From the IMG/VR virus record IMGVR_UViG_3300042560_002875: a DNA stretch of 64,000 nt. One strand, 5' to 3'. This document shows, piece after piece, positions 38,479 to 49,179 of this stretch; position 1 is the first letter of the stretch; each line of letters starts with the position of its first letter. The translations under genes were made by a program, and so were the position numbers. Below the pieces are notes generated by a model that saw only the letters and a list, made by a program, of their open reading frames with translations, searched no databases and was not told the DNA's origin. The stretch is from an uncultured virus (IMG/VR IMGVR_UViG_3300042560_002875) (lineage: Duplodnaviria > Heunggongvirae > Uroviricota > Caudoviricetes).

Positions 38479-39231
38479 GTGCAAGCGCCGACCCGATTCG
38501 AAATCAACGGGGTTCGGCATTACAGGGCCGGAGATGACCCCAATCGGGTCTACCCTTCAGTAACTTCCATCCTCGGAAAAACAGCAGGAGCCAAAGCCAA
38601 CCAGCGGCTCCAGGCTTGGAATCTCAATAACCCCGGCGCAAGAGAAGCAGCAGCGAAACGAGGGACGGCAATCCACGCCGCCTGCGAAGACTACATCCGT
38701 GGCAAGGGGGTCAATCTGCCTGATGACCTCCTCCCCTACTGGGAGGGTGTTGCCCAGCACCTCGATCGCTACGAAGGCTTTCTCTGGTCGGAAAAGCCGC
38801 TCCGCAAGGAATGGGACTTCTGCACTGGAGAAGATGGCATCTCCAGGATCTGGTCCCACGAGCACGGCTACTCCGGATGTCCTGACATCGTCGGCCTCAG
38901 AGGCGGTGTCGCCTGGCTGGCTGACGTCAAATCCTCTGTCTCTCCCTATTGCCGCTACTTCCCAAAGGACGAGAACCGAGCACACTTCTCTGGTTGGATG
39001 AAATTCAATAAGTGCGGTCTCCAGCTCGGCGCCTACTCCATTGCTATCGAAGAGACCCTTGGCATCGATGTCGAGTTCGGTGGCATGTTGGTCACAACTC
39101 CAGAGACCGTCCAGTCCTTCATCTTGCGCCCCCATGAATTGCGGAGTTTCCGCTTCAAGTGGCTGCAGAAGGTCGCCGAATACAAGCGCTTGGTCGCGCT
39201 AGAGAAGGAAGCGTTAGCCCTCGCTTCCTAG
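38479..39231 (+). CDS. PD-(D/E)XK exonuclease
   Basis: YPSVTSIL, RGTAIH, SE, GYSGCPD, LADVKS, QLGAY. Confidence 0.85.
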   Translation: MQAPTRFEINGVRHYRAGDDPNRVYPSVTSILGKTAGAKANQRLQAWNLNNPGAREAAAKRGTAIHAACEDYIRGKGVNLPDDLLPYWEGVAQHLDRYEGFLWSEKPLRKEWDFCTGEDGISRIWSHEHGYSGCPDIVGLRGGVAWLADVKSSVSPYCRYFPKDENRAHFSGWMKFNKCGLQLGAYSIAIEETLGIDVEFGGMLVTTPETVQSFILRPHELRSFRFKWLQKVAEYKRLVALEKEALALAS

Positions 39232-39241
39232 TTCACTATGA

Positions 39242-39676
39242 TTGGGTTACAGGATTCTTGACCCCTTCATGAATTTCAGTGGATTCCCAAGGCCTTACCT
39301 CGAAGAAATCAAGCGAGGGATCCCCAAGGGCGGTGGACGGCCAGACGGCTTCAACGCTGCCAAGTTCGGCGCATACATGACTGACGACGGTAACGAAGTT
39401 GCTATGGACCCTCGTCGACTGCTTGGCGGGGTAGTGAAAGGGGCTACCGATTTCCTCAATCCCGACGTGGCTCCACCTGATTCTTTGCAGCGAATCAATG
39501 ACGCTGTCTTTGGGAGGGGCCGGGGAGGCGCTCCATCGCGCCCCGGGCAACTCAGTCCAGGGGAGGAGGCCTGGAGGCGATATGCCCGAGGCAATGACTT
39601 AAAGACTTTCGCTGATGGGGGTAGTGGCGCGTTGGATCGGGAAGAGCAAAAAAGACGTCTTCTTCGCGGCTATTGA
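39242..39676 (+). CDS. Hypothetical protein
   Basis: 144-aa ORF. Confidence 0.5.
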   Translation: MGYRILDPFMNFSGFPRPYLEEIKRGIPKGGGRPDGFNAAKFGAYMTDDGNEVAMDPRRLLGGVVKGATDFLNPDVAPPDSLQRINDAVFGRGRGGAPSRPGQLSPGEEAWRRYARGNDLKTFADGGSGALDREEQKRRLLRGY

Positions 39677-40435
39677 GGACACCTCCCCAGTCAATCATGC
39701 GAATGGCATTCAGTCCTGAAGTAGCACCCCTCCTGCAAGACGCCATTGCGGGGGGGCCTAGCTTCAGGGTGGACACTCCTTACGTTCCAGGGCGCTCACT
39801 GGAGGGGGTGCCAAACGCCAACAGCCCCGCGATGCGCGACAAGATTTACAGGCGTTTCCTGGCAATCCCTCCTGGGAGCCCAAATCAGCCACAGCTTCCA
39901 TCGATCCGGGGCGTATAGATCGCCAGCACTGACGCAGTGGCGCCTGTCCCCGTAACGCAGTGTCTGCACCATGTGCCCCTCGGGTGCTGCATTTGCAGCA
40001 ACGGCCTGCCCTAGCGCCAGCCCAAGCAGCAGCGCCGCCCAGGGGATGTGTGCTGTGCCTAGCCAATTGATTGCTTTCCTGTGCAAGCTTTCGCTCCGTT
40101 CAGGTCAAAAGGTATTCTACCGAATAAGCAGTGGGTATAAGTGCTTACATCCCCGAGCACCACTTGCTTGCCACTGCCAGCCGTGTCGGTCATAATGAAA
40201 GCCCAATCCTTTCACCCCATGGCCCGCAGTCCCTCGATCATCTTTCGCCTTCAGAGCATCGGTGTTGGCTTACTCTTCGCTGCCATCGTGGGCGGTGGCT
40301 CCTACGGCTGGGTCAGCAACATCATCAAGCTCGCTGGCTCCAGCTTTGACCCCCTAGGCGGCGTTGTTGTGATCCGAGCCATTGGGATCCCCATCGTTCC
40401 CCTGGGCATCGTCATGGGCTACGTGCCCTAAACCC

Positions 40436-41053
40436 ATGCTGAAGAACGACCGCTGGATTAAGCAGCAGGCCTCTGCTGGAATGATCGAACCGTTCACTCC
40501 GGAGCTGGTGCGGGAGGTGTATGTGAGCCTCGGCGGCCTTGAGCCGTATGGCCCGATGCGGTGCCCCGTCCTGTCCTACGGCTGCAGCTCCTATGGGTAC
40601 GACCTGCGTCTCTCGCCCAAGGAGTTCCTGATCTTCCGCCACGTCCCCGGCACGGTGATGGACCCCAAGCGGTTCAACCCCGACAACCTGGAGCCTGCTG
40701 CCCTGCACTCAGACAGCGATGGGACCTACTTCATCCTCCCGGCCCACTCCTATGGACTCGGGGTTGCCCGGGAGAAGCTCAAGGTCCCAGCCAATGTCAC
40801 GGTCGTCTGCCTGGGCAAGAGCACTTACGCCCGCCTAGGTATCATTCTCAACACAACTCCCGCCGAGGCCGGCTGGGAGGGCAATCTCACCCTGGAGTTC
40901 AGCAACTCCTCAGGGGCTGACTGCCGCATCTACGCCAATGAAGGCGTTTGCCAGCTCCTGTTCTTCGAGGGGGATCCCTGTGATGTCACCTACGAGGACC
41001 GCGATGGCAAGTATCAGCACCAGCCGGAGAAGGTCGTACTCGCAAGAGTGTGA
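40436..41053 (+). CDS. dcd: dCTP deaminase
   Basis: SYGCSSYGYD, GKSTYARLG, TPAEAGWEG, YANEG.CQ. Confidence 0.95.
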   Translation: MLKNDRWIKQQASAGMIEPFTPELVREVYVSLGGLEPYGPMRCPVLSYGCSSYGYDLRLSPKEFLIFRHVPGTVMDPKRFNPDNLEPAALHSDSDGTYFILPAHSYGLGVAREKLKVPANVTVVCLGKSTYARLGIILNTTPAEAGWEGNLTLEFSNSSGADCRIYANEGVCQLLFFEGDPCDVTYEDRDGKYQHQPEKVVLARV

Positions 41054-41059
41054 ACAGCG

Positions 41060-41374
41060 CTAGACCGGTCCATTCGATAGCCAGCTCCTGATCGCTTGCT
41101 CTTTGTCGGCGCAGTAGAACGGCTGCTCCGTGTACCACTGCCAAACGTCGCAGTGATTCTTTGAGACATTGCACGAAGCACAGGCTGGCACCAGGTTCGA
41201 TCTCTTCGTGGTGCCACCCTTGATCTTGGGAACGACATGATCAAGGGTGACCTTCTCGGGCTGGCATCCGCAGTAACTGCAGCAGCCGTCCCACGCGTTG
41301 ATGATCTCTCGCCTGAAACTGTTCTTGGTGGCCCGCTTCGAGACCAACTCCGATCCTTCAATCCTGTGAGACAA
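41060..41374 (-). CDS. HNH endonuclease
   Basis: C.YC, TLDHVVP..KGG, NLVPAC..CN..K. Confidence 0.9.
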   Translation of the reverse strand: MSHRIEGSELVSKRATKNSFRREIINAWDGCCSYCGCQPEKVTLDHVVPKIKGGTTKRSNLVPACASCNVSKNHCDVWQWYTEQPFYCADKEQAIRSWLSNGPV

Positions 41375-41630
41375 AGGGCTCAGTCTCGCTGGGGTTTAAG
41401 CGCAAGACCAGGCTAGCGAGGATGGGCTATCCCCTTGCTCATCGCTCCGCAGTTGCGCCAATGAAGAGATCTGCCAGTGCTTGTTCTTCACAGATCTTGG
41501 CCATCAAGCATTCTTCACGGGCACACAATTCGGCACCTTTCGGCCATCTTTCACCTTGGTGCCAATAGCCTCGTAGTTCTCCCAGCAGGCGGCGGCAAGT
41601 TTGTCTCCGGCTTTGCGTGTCATGGGTGGT

Positions 41631-42551
41631 TCATCCTCCGCGGGCTAGTCTATCTTCCAATTCGCGGATCTTCTTGTCCTTCGGGCTTTCCATGCCGAGC
41701 TGTTGGGCGAGCAGGGAGCCCACGGCCATCCCTCCAAGGATGCCGACTTCATCACCAGCAAATCGGCCAATCGCTTTACCAAGGTGCTCTCCGGTGACCT
41801 GTTGAACGGGAGCGTCAAGGCCGCTAGTGATCCGGCTAAACATGTCGCCCAACGCCTCTCCGTATTGGCCCCCCGCAGCTTTGCCGATCTCGCCGGCTAT
41901 TGCTTCTCGGTTGGCCATAAACCTGGCAATGTTTTCATCAAAATTGTTGTGGGCTGTTCCGCGTATCAGTTGCTCGACTTCCTCGTAGGGGCCAAGTTTT
42001 TTCATCAGGGTTTCACTGATTGCCTTGCGCTGCTCGGGAGGCATCGACTCCAGGGTCTTGGCAACGGCGGCGCCCCTTTGTCCCATTTGCACCCTGCTGG
42101 CATAGTCCTGGAATTGCTCAGCTGAGATCCCATAGCGGCTCATGAAAAATTCCGGATCGCTGACTGCCTCACGAGCTAAGCGGCTTGAGGCCTCAGAGAG
42201 TAATTCATCTTTGATGAGCTCGCGCCCTAGAAGCGCGTTCTGCTTTAACCCCTTGGCTGTGGTTTCATTTCCAAAAGTTCGGCCAATGAACTGCAACGTC
42301 GGATTCTGGAGCTCTCCTTTGTGAATGCGTTTCCCTAGCTTTGCTCCGATGCCCCTTCCTGCTTTGCCCAAGGCAATACCACCAAGCATGGCTGTCGCTG
42401 TCTCCAGGGCGATCTGGCCCGGCGATTTATCTGTGCCTACCTGGGATAGACCAGCAATCAGCCCTCCTCCGCCACCCTCTAGGATCTCTTCCCCTAGTGG
42501 TGTATCGGTGAAAAACTCAATGATCTTTACAGCCGCTGGCCGTTGATCCAT
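41631..42551 (-). CDS. Gly-rich hypothetical protein, putative virion
   Basis: 306-aa ORF. Confidence 0.65.
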   Translation of the reverse strand: MDQRPAAVKIIEFFTDTPLGEEILEGGGGGLIAGLSQVGTDKSPGQIALETATAMLGGIALGKAGRGIGAKLGKRIHKGELQNPTLQFIGRTFGNETTAKGLKQNALLGRELIKDELLSEASSRLAREAVSDPEFFMSRYGISAEQFQDYASRVQMGQRGAAVAKTLESMPPEQRKAISETLMKKLGPYEEVEQLIRGTAHNNFDENIARFMANREAIAGEIGKAAGGQYGEALGDMFSRITSGLDAPVQQVTGEHLGKAIGRFAGDEVGILGGMAVGSLLAQQLGMESPKDKKIRELEDRLARGG

Positions 42552-42582
42552 GGCTGCCTTGCTACGCCTGCTGGCTTTAATC

Positions 42583-42990
42583 CTAACGAAGTGCAGCTTC
42601 TGGCCCTTGCATGGCCTCCATCACGGACTCGTTGTCGAATGGGTAGGGCTGGACCCGACCCCAGTCATGTACATCTGTCAGTAGATTCATGACCCGCGGT
42701 GGTAGATCTCCGTTGAGTGCCAGGGTGTTGATCTCTTCTCCACTGATTTCTCCGGCCATCATTCCCTGCCTGAGACCTTCAAACAGGGCGAGCTCCTCTA
42801 CGGCAAGCTTGCTGTATTTCTCTCGCATGCCTCCTATGTTGTTCTTGGCGTGATCGGCCTGTGTCATTTCCTGGGAATGCATGGGCGTGCGCTGCTCCTC
42901 CAGGTACCTGATCAATTCATTCAATCCATAGCCGCCAGCGCCTGCCGCTCCGACGCCGAGCAACGTGCCAGCCATGCGAGCAGGTTTCAT
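42583..42990 (-). CDS. Hypothetical protein
   Basis: 135-aa ORF. Confidence 0.6.
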   Translation of the reverse strand: MKPARMAGTLLGVGAAGAGGYGLNELIRYLEEQRTPMHSQEMTQADHAKNNIGGMREKYSKLAVEELALFEGLRQGMMAGEISGEEINTLALNGDLPPRVMNLLTDVHDWGRVQPYPFDNESVMEAMQGPEAALR

Positions 42991-43562
42991 GGCCTGTCCT
43001 CCATCGCGCTCAGGGCGTAAAGACTTCCCAGCGCTCCTCCAAGTCCAGCGCCGGCAATCAGCCCATTCACTCCGTTCCGGCGGAATTTCCTGAGTCCCTC
43101 TGAGCCGGGCGGGTACAGGATGCCGGGACGATCATGGCCCTGGCTCCTCCTCTCGTCGACCTGGGCTTGCATTCTTTGCTCTACCCCTTGTTCCATCCGA
43201 TCCAGCGCCCTGCGTGTATTGGCCAACTTCTGAATATCGCTCGGAGTGTCAATCTTCTTATGACGAGCTTCCAGGGCCAGCAACTCTCTTCTAATGGCAA
43301 TTGGCAGCAGCTCACGCGCCAATCGCGTTTCGCCGTGGGGACTAATCCTTGCGGCTACATCTCCCCCTAGGACGGCGCCGCCAAGTCCCATGAGGGCTAG
43401 TCCAGCGTTCATTGGAATCTCGCCGGAGTTCGTGGAGGTGGGATCACCTGTCGCCACGTCCAGCGCAGCCCCAGCCGCGGGGATCCCAGCGCTAAGGGCC
43501 AAGATCGCAGCTATTGCATCTCGGACGTTATCGTCAGCAGCCATCCGCCTTGGTCGGCTCAT
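42987..43562 (-). CDS. Hypothetical protein with glycine-zipper segments
   Basis: 191-aa ORF. Confidence 0.6.
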   Translation of the reverse strand: MSRPRRMAADDNVRDAIAAILALSAGIPAAGAALDVATGDPTSTNSGEIPMNAGLALMGLGGAVLGGDVAARISPHGETRLARELLPIAIRRELLALEARHKKIDTPSDIQKLANTRRALDRMEQGVEQRMQAQVDERRSQGHDRPGILYPPGSEGLRKFRRNGVNGLIAGAGLGGALGSLYALSAMEDRP

Positions 43563-43771
43563 ATTGGAAGACGCCTGTACCTGCTGCCTTTAATCCTAAC
43601 GAAGTGCAGCTTCTGGCCCCTTCTTGCCAAAAAAAAGCTCCCCTACCACGGAGAGCTCTGAATCCCACTTACCCTCTAGTCGTAATGTCCGGCTCACCCC
43701 GGTCACACCAAGAGGTTCCTTCGACCCTTCAATCGAAGGAACGTGATTACCATAGCATGCATCCTGCCCGC

Positions 43772-44392
43772 CTAGGCAACCGCCTCCCTGTTGGTGAATG
43801 CTTCTCGGACGGCCTCCTCCTCCAGGTTGGTAGCCACCGCGAACGCAGCAACCAACTCATCGCTGAACGTCCCCTCCCTCTCGAGCAGGTCCAGCGCCTC
43901 GGTCGTCAATCCCATCTTCTCCTGTAGCCACTCGGGCACCTCCGCGGCTACAAGCTCCTCCCTGGGCCACGAGTAAAGCGGCTTCTCTTCTGCCGGTGGG
44001 AGAGCCGCAGCCGGGATACTCCTCTGGCTCGCTGTCGTCATGGCCTCCAACATTCCCGAGATGTGCCCTGCACCTGCACTGGAGCGAATCCACGACACGA
44101 CATCCTCGAACGAGATATCGCTTTCGTAGACTCCTGTTTCGTAGTACGCGACCAGCGCGTCCAGCGTGATCCCCATCAGTACTGAGAGGCGCTTGTTGAT
44201 CCCAGTCGAAACCCGCAATGGGTGCACCCCTGCACGAAAGTACTTCTGAGTCGTTCCTATCGTGATACCCAGTTCCGATGCAAGACGCCTCTCGCTCCAT
44301 TCGTGTCTTGCCATCACTTGACGGAGTGCTGCGGCGAATCGCTCGTAATAGGTGGAGTCGTTATCCTTGATTGAGCTTCGTCTTGCCGGCAC
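43772..44392 (-). CDS. XRE-family HTH regulator (repressor candidate)
   Basis: WSERRLASELGITIGTTQKY HTH; divergent from the primase gene. Confidence 0.7.
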   Translation of the reverse strand: MPARRSSIKDNDSTYYERFAAALRQVMARHEWSERRLASELGITIGTTQKYFRAGVHPLRVSTGINKRLSVLMGITLDALVAYYETGVYESDISFEDVVSWIRSSAGAGHISGMLEAMTTASQRSIPAAALPPAEEKPLYSWPREELVAAEVPEWLQEKMGLTTEALDLLEREGTFSDELVAAFAVATNLEEEAVREAFTNREAVA

Positions 44393-44644
44393 TGGGTCCT
44401 ACCTTGCGTATTGAGCGAGATCGGACAGTAGCACCTGTCAATCGCTCACGCCCAGTCGGGCTGCGCTTTTGAGATAGTCCTGCTTAAACTTTTGCACATT
44501 GAATCCCTTATGCAAGATTTAATAAACCACATCTGGCGAACTTCCCCGATCCCCAGTAGGCTTCGCGCCTGTGCTGCAAGACAGGGCACGCAAGGCGCCA
44601 GACTAGCTAAGCAGCCCTAAGACCTTCCGGTCCCCCTCGGCCGA

Positions 44645-47128
44645 ATGCCGCCATCCTTCCCGATCTCGCTCAACCCGGCAATCCACGACAAGCCAGCCTG
44701 GCGTGAGGAGTACGGCAGTAACTGGCAGCAGCGAACAGTCGATAGTGACGGCCTCCTCCAATTGATCCGGGCGGGCACTGGCTGGATTGCTGCTGCCATG
44801 AGCTCAACCCACCGCACCACGTCCGCCTTCAAGTACGCGGATCTGGCAGTGGTCGACATCGACTACGGCATGGACCTGGAGGACTTCCTGACCCATGAGC
44901 TCGCTGCCTCCGCTCTCCTCTATTACACAACCGCCAGTCATCAGCCTCAGCCCGGAGCCAATCGCTTCCGGGTGGTCTTCCGTCTCCCTTGCCGCATCGA
45001 CGACCCCGAGCTCTACAAGGCAGTCGTTACCCAGCTGATCGGCACCCTTGGCAGCGACAAGAGTTGCTCAGACCCCTGCCGCATCTTCTACAGCTATTCC
45101 GGCGGCACCCAAAAACTCCTCCACCCAGAAGCCACACTCCCGGAAGCCGTCATCAATGCAGCACGGGAACAACTGCAAGAGGACCTCAAGCGTCGCCGGC
45201 AGGCTACAGAGGAGGCAGATCCCATCTCCATTGCCCAGGCGGAATGGGTTCTGCAGAACGTCATCAATCCCACCGCTGATGGCGAGCGGCATCTCTTCAT
45301 CCGCATCACAGCAGCGGCGGCATCCGTTGGTGACGCTCTTTATGGGGCCTGGTCCGATTGGGCCTCCCGCGGTCACCACGGCCAGGGCAAGAATCGCCGG
45401 CAAACCAGCGAGCGCTTCTTCCGCGGCTTCTCTGGCAACACCACCTTGGCGACTCTCTTCTTCCTGGCGGGAGAGCAGGACCCCAGCTGGCGCAAGCACC
45501 TGCCTGATCATCTCCGCAGTGAATACAGCGATGCCGGCATCCCAGGAGTAGCTGGCTACTCCCACCAGGATTTCCTGGGTCTCCACGAGATCGACCCAGA
45601 TGATCCCGTCCTTGGAGCCTCCACCCCATCCCTCCTGGAATGGGGCGCCTCCTACTCCTCCAGTCCCGCACCTGCAGACAGCGATCTACCCATGCCCGAG
45701 CCGCCGCCCTTTGATGACGCAGGAATCGAATCACAGCTCGATGACGATTTCGAAACCATCAGTTACGGCGACGTCAGTCCAGACCCCGTCACCCCTCCGC
45801 CCAAAAGAGGCCGAGGCCGCCCCACAGGTAGCAAAGACAAATCAGCAGGTGGAGCCGCTGACGAGATCCTGGATCGCATCCGCATCTTCTACCCAGGCCT
45901 GCGACTGAACGTCCTGACCCAGACCATCGAATACGACGGCAAGGACGGCATCACCGAAGTTCCCGACCCCTCCACCGTCTACACCCGTATCTCCAGAGGG
46001 CGCAAGGGAGACCTCTATCCCAAAGGTGGCGTTCACGACATCCTCCAGGTGGAGGCATGGGAGCGGCGCTACAACCCAGTCACTGACTACCTGGAATCCT
46101 GCGCTGCCACTGCACCTGCTCCCTACTGGGACACCATCGCAGAAGAACTCCTCGGGGTGTCCTACGACGAGATCCTCAACCCCCGACTCCCCGATGGCCG
46201 CTTGCTAGCCAATGTCATCCTGCAGCGATTCCTGATTGGCGCCATTGCACGGGCCACTGAACCTGGCTGCGAGCACAGCTGGATGATGATCCTCATCGGT
46301 GACCAGAACAAGGGCAAGTCCTTTTTCTTCCAATACCTCACCCCGCCGGACCACCTCAATCGCTACCCCATGTGCGCCACCGTGCAGCAGGGGATCGGCT
46401 ACCTCAAGGACAGGCCCCACGTCTTGCATGCAGGCTGGGTTGTCCTTCTCGATGAATGCGACCGCTTCTTTGAGCGCCGCTACGTCGAAGAACTCAAGAA
46501 CCTCGTCTCAGTAGCCACCGACAGGTCCGCTCCCAAATACCAAAACGAAAGGTCCTATCCCAGGTCCTTCGTCCTGGCGGGCAACACCAACCATGACAGC
46601 TTCATGCTGGATCCCACCGGAAATCGGAGGTTTCTTCCCATCCGCGTCACCGGCAAGGTCCTCGCACCTCGCAGCGAGAAGAACCTGATCATCGACCTCG
46701 ACAAGGTCAAGACCGATCGGGACGCCATCTGGTCTGCTGCTCGAAAGGCTTACCTCGATGGCGAGCCCCATGGCTTCAGCTCTGACGAGATCAGCCAGGT
46801 GGAGGAGTACATGACCAACTTCATGGTGGACGACCCATTGATGGATGCCGTCTCCAGGGTCCTGCAGCTCCATCCCAGCACGATCCATGTGGGGCGACCC
46901 GCCTACTTGATGGCTGATATCTGCAAGCACTTGAGCATCGAGGAAAAAGACTTCCACAGAGTGAGGCAGCCGATCGGTGATGTCCTCAAGAGGCTGGGCC
47001 TGCGAAAGGTCCGGATCAGACCTCCAGGCAAACGGAATCCTCAGAACTACTGGATGGAGGGCGACCCTGACGATCCCAACACGGAGGCGGAGCCCTCTGA
47101 GAAGAGCGACATTCCGCTCGACTGGTAG
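44645..47128 (+). CDS. Primase (AEP-like/PriCT) fused to a VirE/VapE-family helicase/ATPase
   Basis: VVDID, YTTASH, RFRVVF; GDQNKGKS Walker A, LLDE Walker B, GNTN, DPTGNRRF. Confidence 0.9.
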   Translation: MPPSFPISLNPAIHDKPAWREEYGSNWQQRTVDSDGLLQLIRAGTGWIAAAMSSTHRTTSAFKYADLAVVDIDYGMDLEDFLTHELAASALLYYTTASHQPQPGANRFRVVFRLPCRIDDPELYKAVVTQLIGTLGSDKSCSDPCRIFYSYSGGTQKLLHPEATLPEAVINAAREQLQEDLKRRRQATEEADPISIAQAEWVLQNVINPTADGERHLFIRITAAAASVGDALYGAWSDWASRGHHGQGKNRRQTSERFFRGFSGNTTLATLFFLAGEQDPSWRKHLPDHLRSEYSDAGIPGVAGYSHQDFLGLHEIDPDDPVLGASTPSLLEWGASYSSSPAPADSDLPMPEPPPFDDAGIESQLDDDFETISYGDVSPDPVTPPPKRGRGRPTGSKDKSAGGAADEILDRIRIFYPGLRLNVLTQTIEYDGKDGITEVPDPSTVYTRISRGRKGDLYPKGGVHDILQVEAWERRYNPVTDYLESCAATAPAPYWDTIAEELLGVSYDEILNPRLPDGRLLANVILQRFLIGAIARATEPGCEHSWMMILIGDQNKGKSFFFQYLTPPDHLNRYPMCATVQQGIGYLKDRPHVLHAGWVVLLDECDRFFERRYVEELKNLVSVATDRSAPKYQNERSYPRSFVLAGNTNHDSFMLDPTGNRRFLPIRVTGKVLAPRSEKNLIIDLDKVKTDRDAIWSAARKAYLDGEPHGFSSDEISQVEEYMTNFMVDDPLMDAVSRVLQLHPSTIHVGRPAYLMADICKHLSIEEKDFHRVRQPIGDVLKRLGLRKVRIRPPGKRNPQNYWMEGDPDDPNTEAEPSEKSDIPLDW

Positions 47129-47240
47129 CCCCTGCGACTATCTGTGTTGCACCCTGCCAGACGCGTCTTGCGGGACTTTTTCTTGCTTGCGGGTGAGACT
47201 CGCTGGACTACCGCCCGGAATGTCCCCACTTGCCGCCTGT

Positions 47241-47551
47241 GTGTCAAGGGGTTTGACACGGGGAAACGCCTGTTGTGGCAAGGGGTTTAAGCTGCGGTGT
47301 TGGCTGTGTCAAGCTTTCTCCAAACCTTTTCTGGGAAAAATAAATTCCAAGGTCTCTCTTGCTGGGTTCCCCTTGGTGTCAAGCTTTTGTCCTTGCCTAG
47401 CTCTTTGAATTCTTGCTATCCTTGACAAGACAGTGCTGACAAGGGATTTCCTGGAATAAGGGAATTTCCCTAGGAAGGTATAGGAAAAGCTTGACGACCT
47501 TGACACACCTCGTCAAACTCCTTCCGCCCCAGTCGTTTTGCCCGTGTCAAG
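47241..47551. repeat. GTGTCAAG/CTTGACAC iteron-like cluster; putative replication origin
   Basis: GTGTCAAG at 47241, 47306, 47376, 47544; inverted copies at about 47253, 47421, 47499. Confidence 0.6.
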
Positions 47552-47698
47552 CTCGAAGGCACTCGCGGCACTGTATCAACATGTACTTTTCCAAATTCTG
47601 GGAAGCCTCCTGATAGGCACCCCGCCGGCTCTTTACATACCAAACCATTGCCCATCTGCGTCAGAAGGCTTACAATCCGCACGCCAGACCTTCACCCC

Positions 47699-48022
47699 AT
47701 GAATCCTGCTGGAACCACAGCCTCGGGCGGCCATCCAATGGACGGCATCGACAGGCAGATCGTCCTCTCCCTTGAACAAGTGGGCACTCCTTGTGAGGCC
47801 GACATCGCTCATGCAGCCCGTCTTGTCCTGCGTTACGAGGGCTCTCTCCTCTCGGGAGATCTCCTTGATCGCCTCAGATCTATCGCTAAGCGGTGGGGGT
47901 TCCTCACCCGTGACCAACTCATGACTCGCGCCAGGGAGATCTGGGAGTCCGGCTGGAAGCCCAACGTCGTCGAAAGCATTGCCGTTCAAGCTGTTGGCTC
48001 CGGCGCCGACGTGGAGGGTTGA
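47699..48022 (+). CDS. DUF3288-like cyanobacterial protein
   Basis: HP...IDR, ARL.LRY.G, W...R..L...AREIW..G. Confidence 0.7.
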   Translation: MNPAGTTASGGHPMDGIDRQIVLSLEQVGTPCEADIAHAARLVLRYEGSLLSGDLLDRLRSIAKRWGFLTRDQLMTRAREIWESGWKPNVVESIAVQAVGSGADVEG

Positions 48023-49179
48023 TCATGGCCAAAGCAACCAAAGCGAGCCACACGAAGCCTGGTCGCAGCCGGCTATCGATCGCCCAACGGCGACTCAGGG
48101 CTTATTCCTGTTCCCCTCGGAACTTGGATTTTCATGTCATTGCCTACGCCACCAACGCCCCCAAGGCACGGCTGATGTGCACGCAGGCCAATACTGAATG
48201 GAGCATTGAACAGTGGACAGCAACGCGCATGAGGGAGGCCGACGGCCTCTCCACCAGTGAGGCGATTTGGGAGGGACCGGAGGACATGCCAGCCCAGCAC
48301 AAGGAGCTTGCATGCATGCTTTGGTCAGATTCATAACAACATTTATCAGGAGGACTAGAACTTTGGACAATCAACACCCGACAGCAGCTGACTCGCTTGA
48401 CAGAAGCGACGCCGCTGACGCCATCCGTTTTCGATGGATCCTCAGAGGCAATGGGTACTTCTTACCAGAACCTGATCCTTATGAGCGCGGGCCAATTGGC
48501 GTTGACGAGACAAGACGAGTGATTGACGGCATCATTGCAAAAAGTTCAATCAACCTCGGAGTCAACGCAAGCGAAGAACCACTAAATGATCTCGAAGAGG
48601 AACAGGAAACCAACCTCGGAGTCAACGCAAGCGAAGAACCGCTAAATACTCCCGAGCCTTTTACTCGTGTGCCGTCGAAAGAGCAGAGCTGCCGCAACTG
48701 CTACTACGCAAGACCCTCTGACAGGGGCAGGGCTTGGAAGGTCTCCTGCCGTGTCCACCCACCGCATCAGGCTTGGAACTTCGCGACAGAAACTTTTGAG
48801 CCGCTATGGCCGCAGGTAGAGGTTGGCGAATGGTGCGGCCATTGGCACGAGGTGGACCAATGAGCTGGATTACTCATCGAGCGCCAACCGAAGAGGACGG
48901 GGACGGTGATGGCGACGTCATGGTGCACCGGCAGGGCACAAGGGGTAACCCCAAGGGTTACTGGGCTTACAGGAAATGGCATGACGTCCAATTAGGGACC
49001 CCTTTCATGCCATACACGGAACCGAAAAAGGTTTCAGATATCGAGGACTTGCTGGGCCACGGATTCAGTATCAACGCAAGCGAAGAGCCGCTAAGAGATC
49101 CCGAAGAGGAACAGGAAACCGAGGCAGGTCTTTCGAGCAGCAGGGCATACAAGATAACTGTAAACATTTCATTTCAGGA

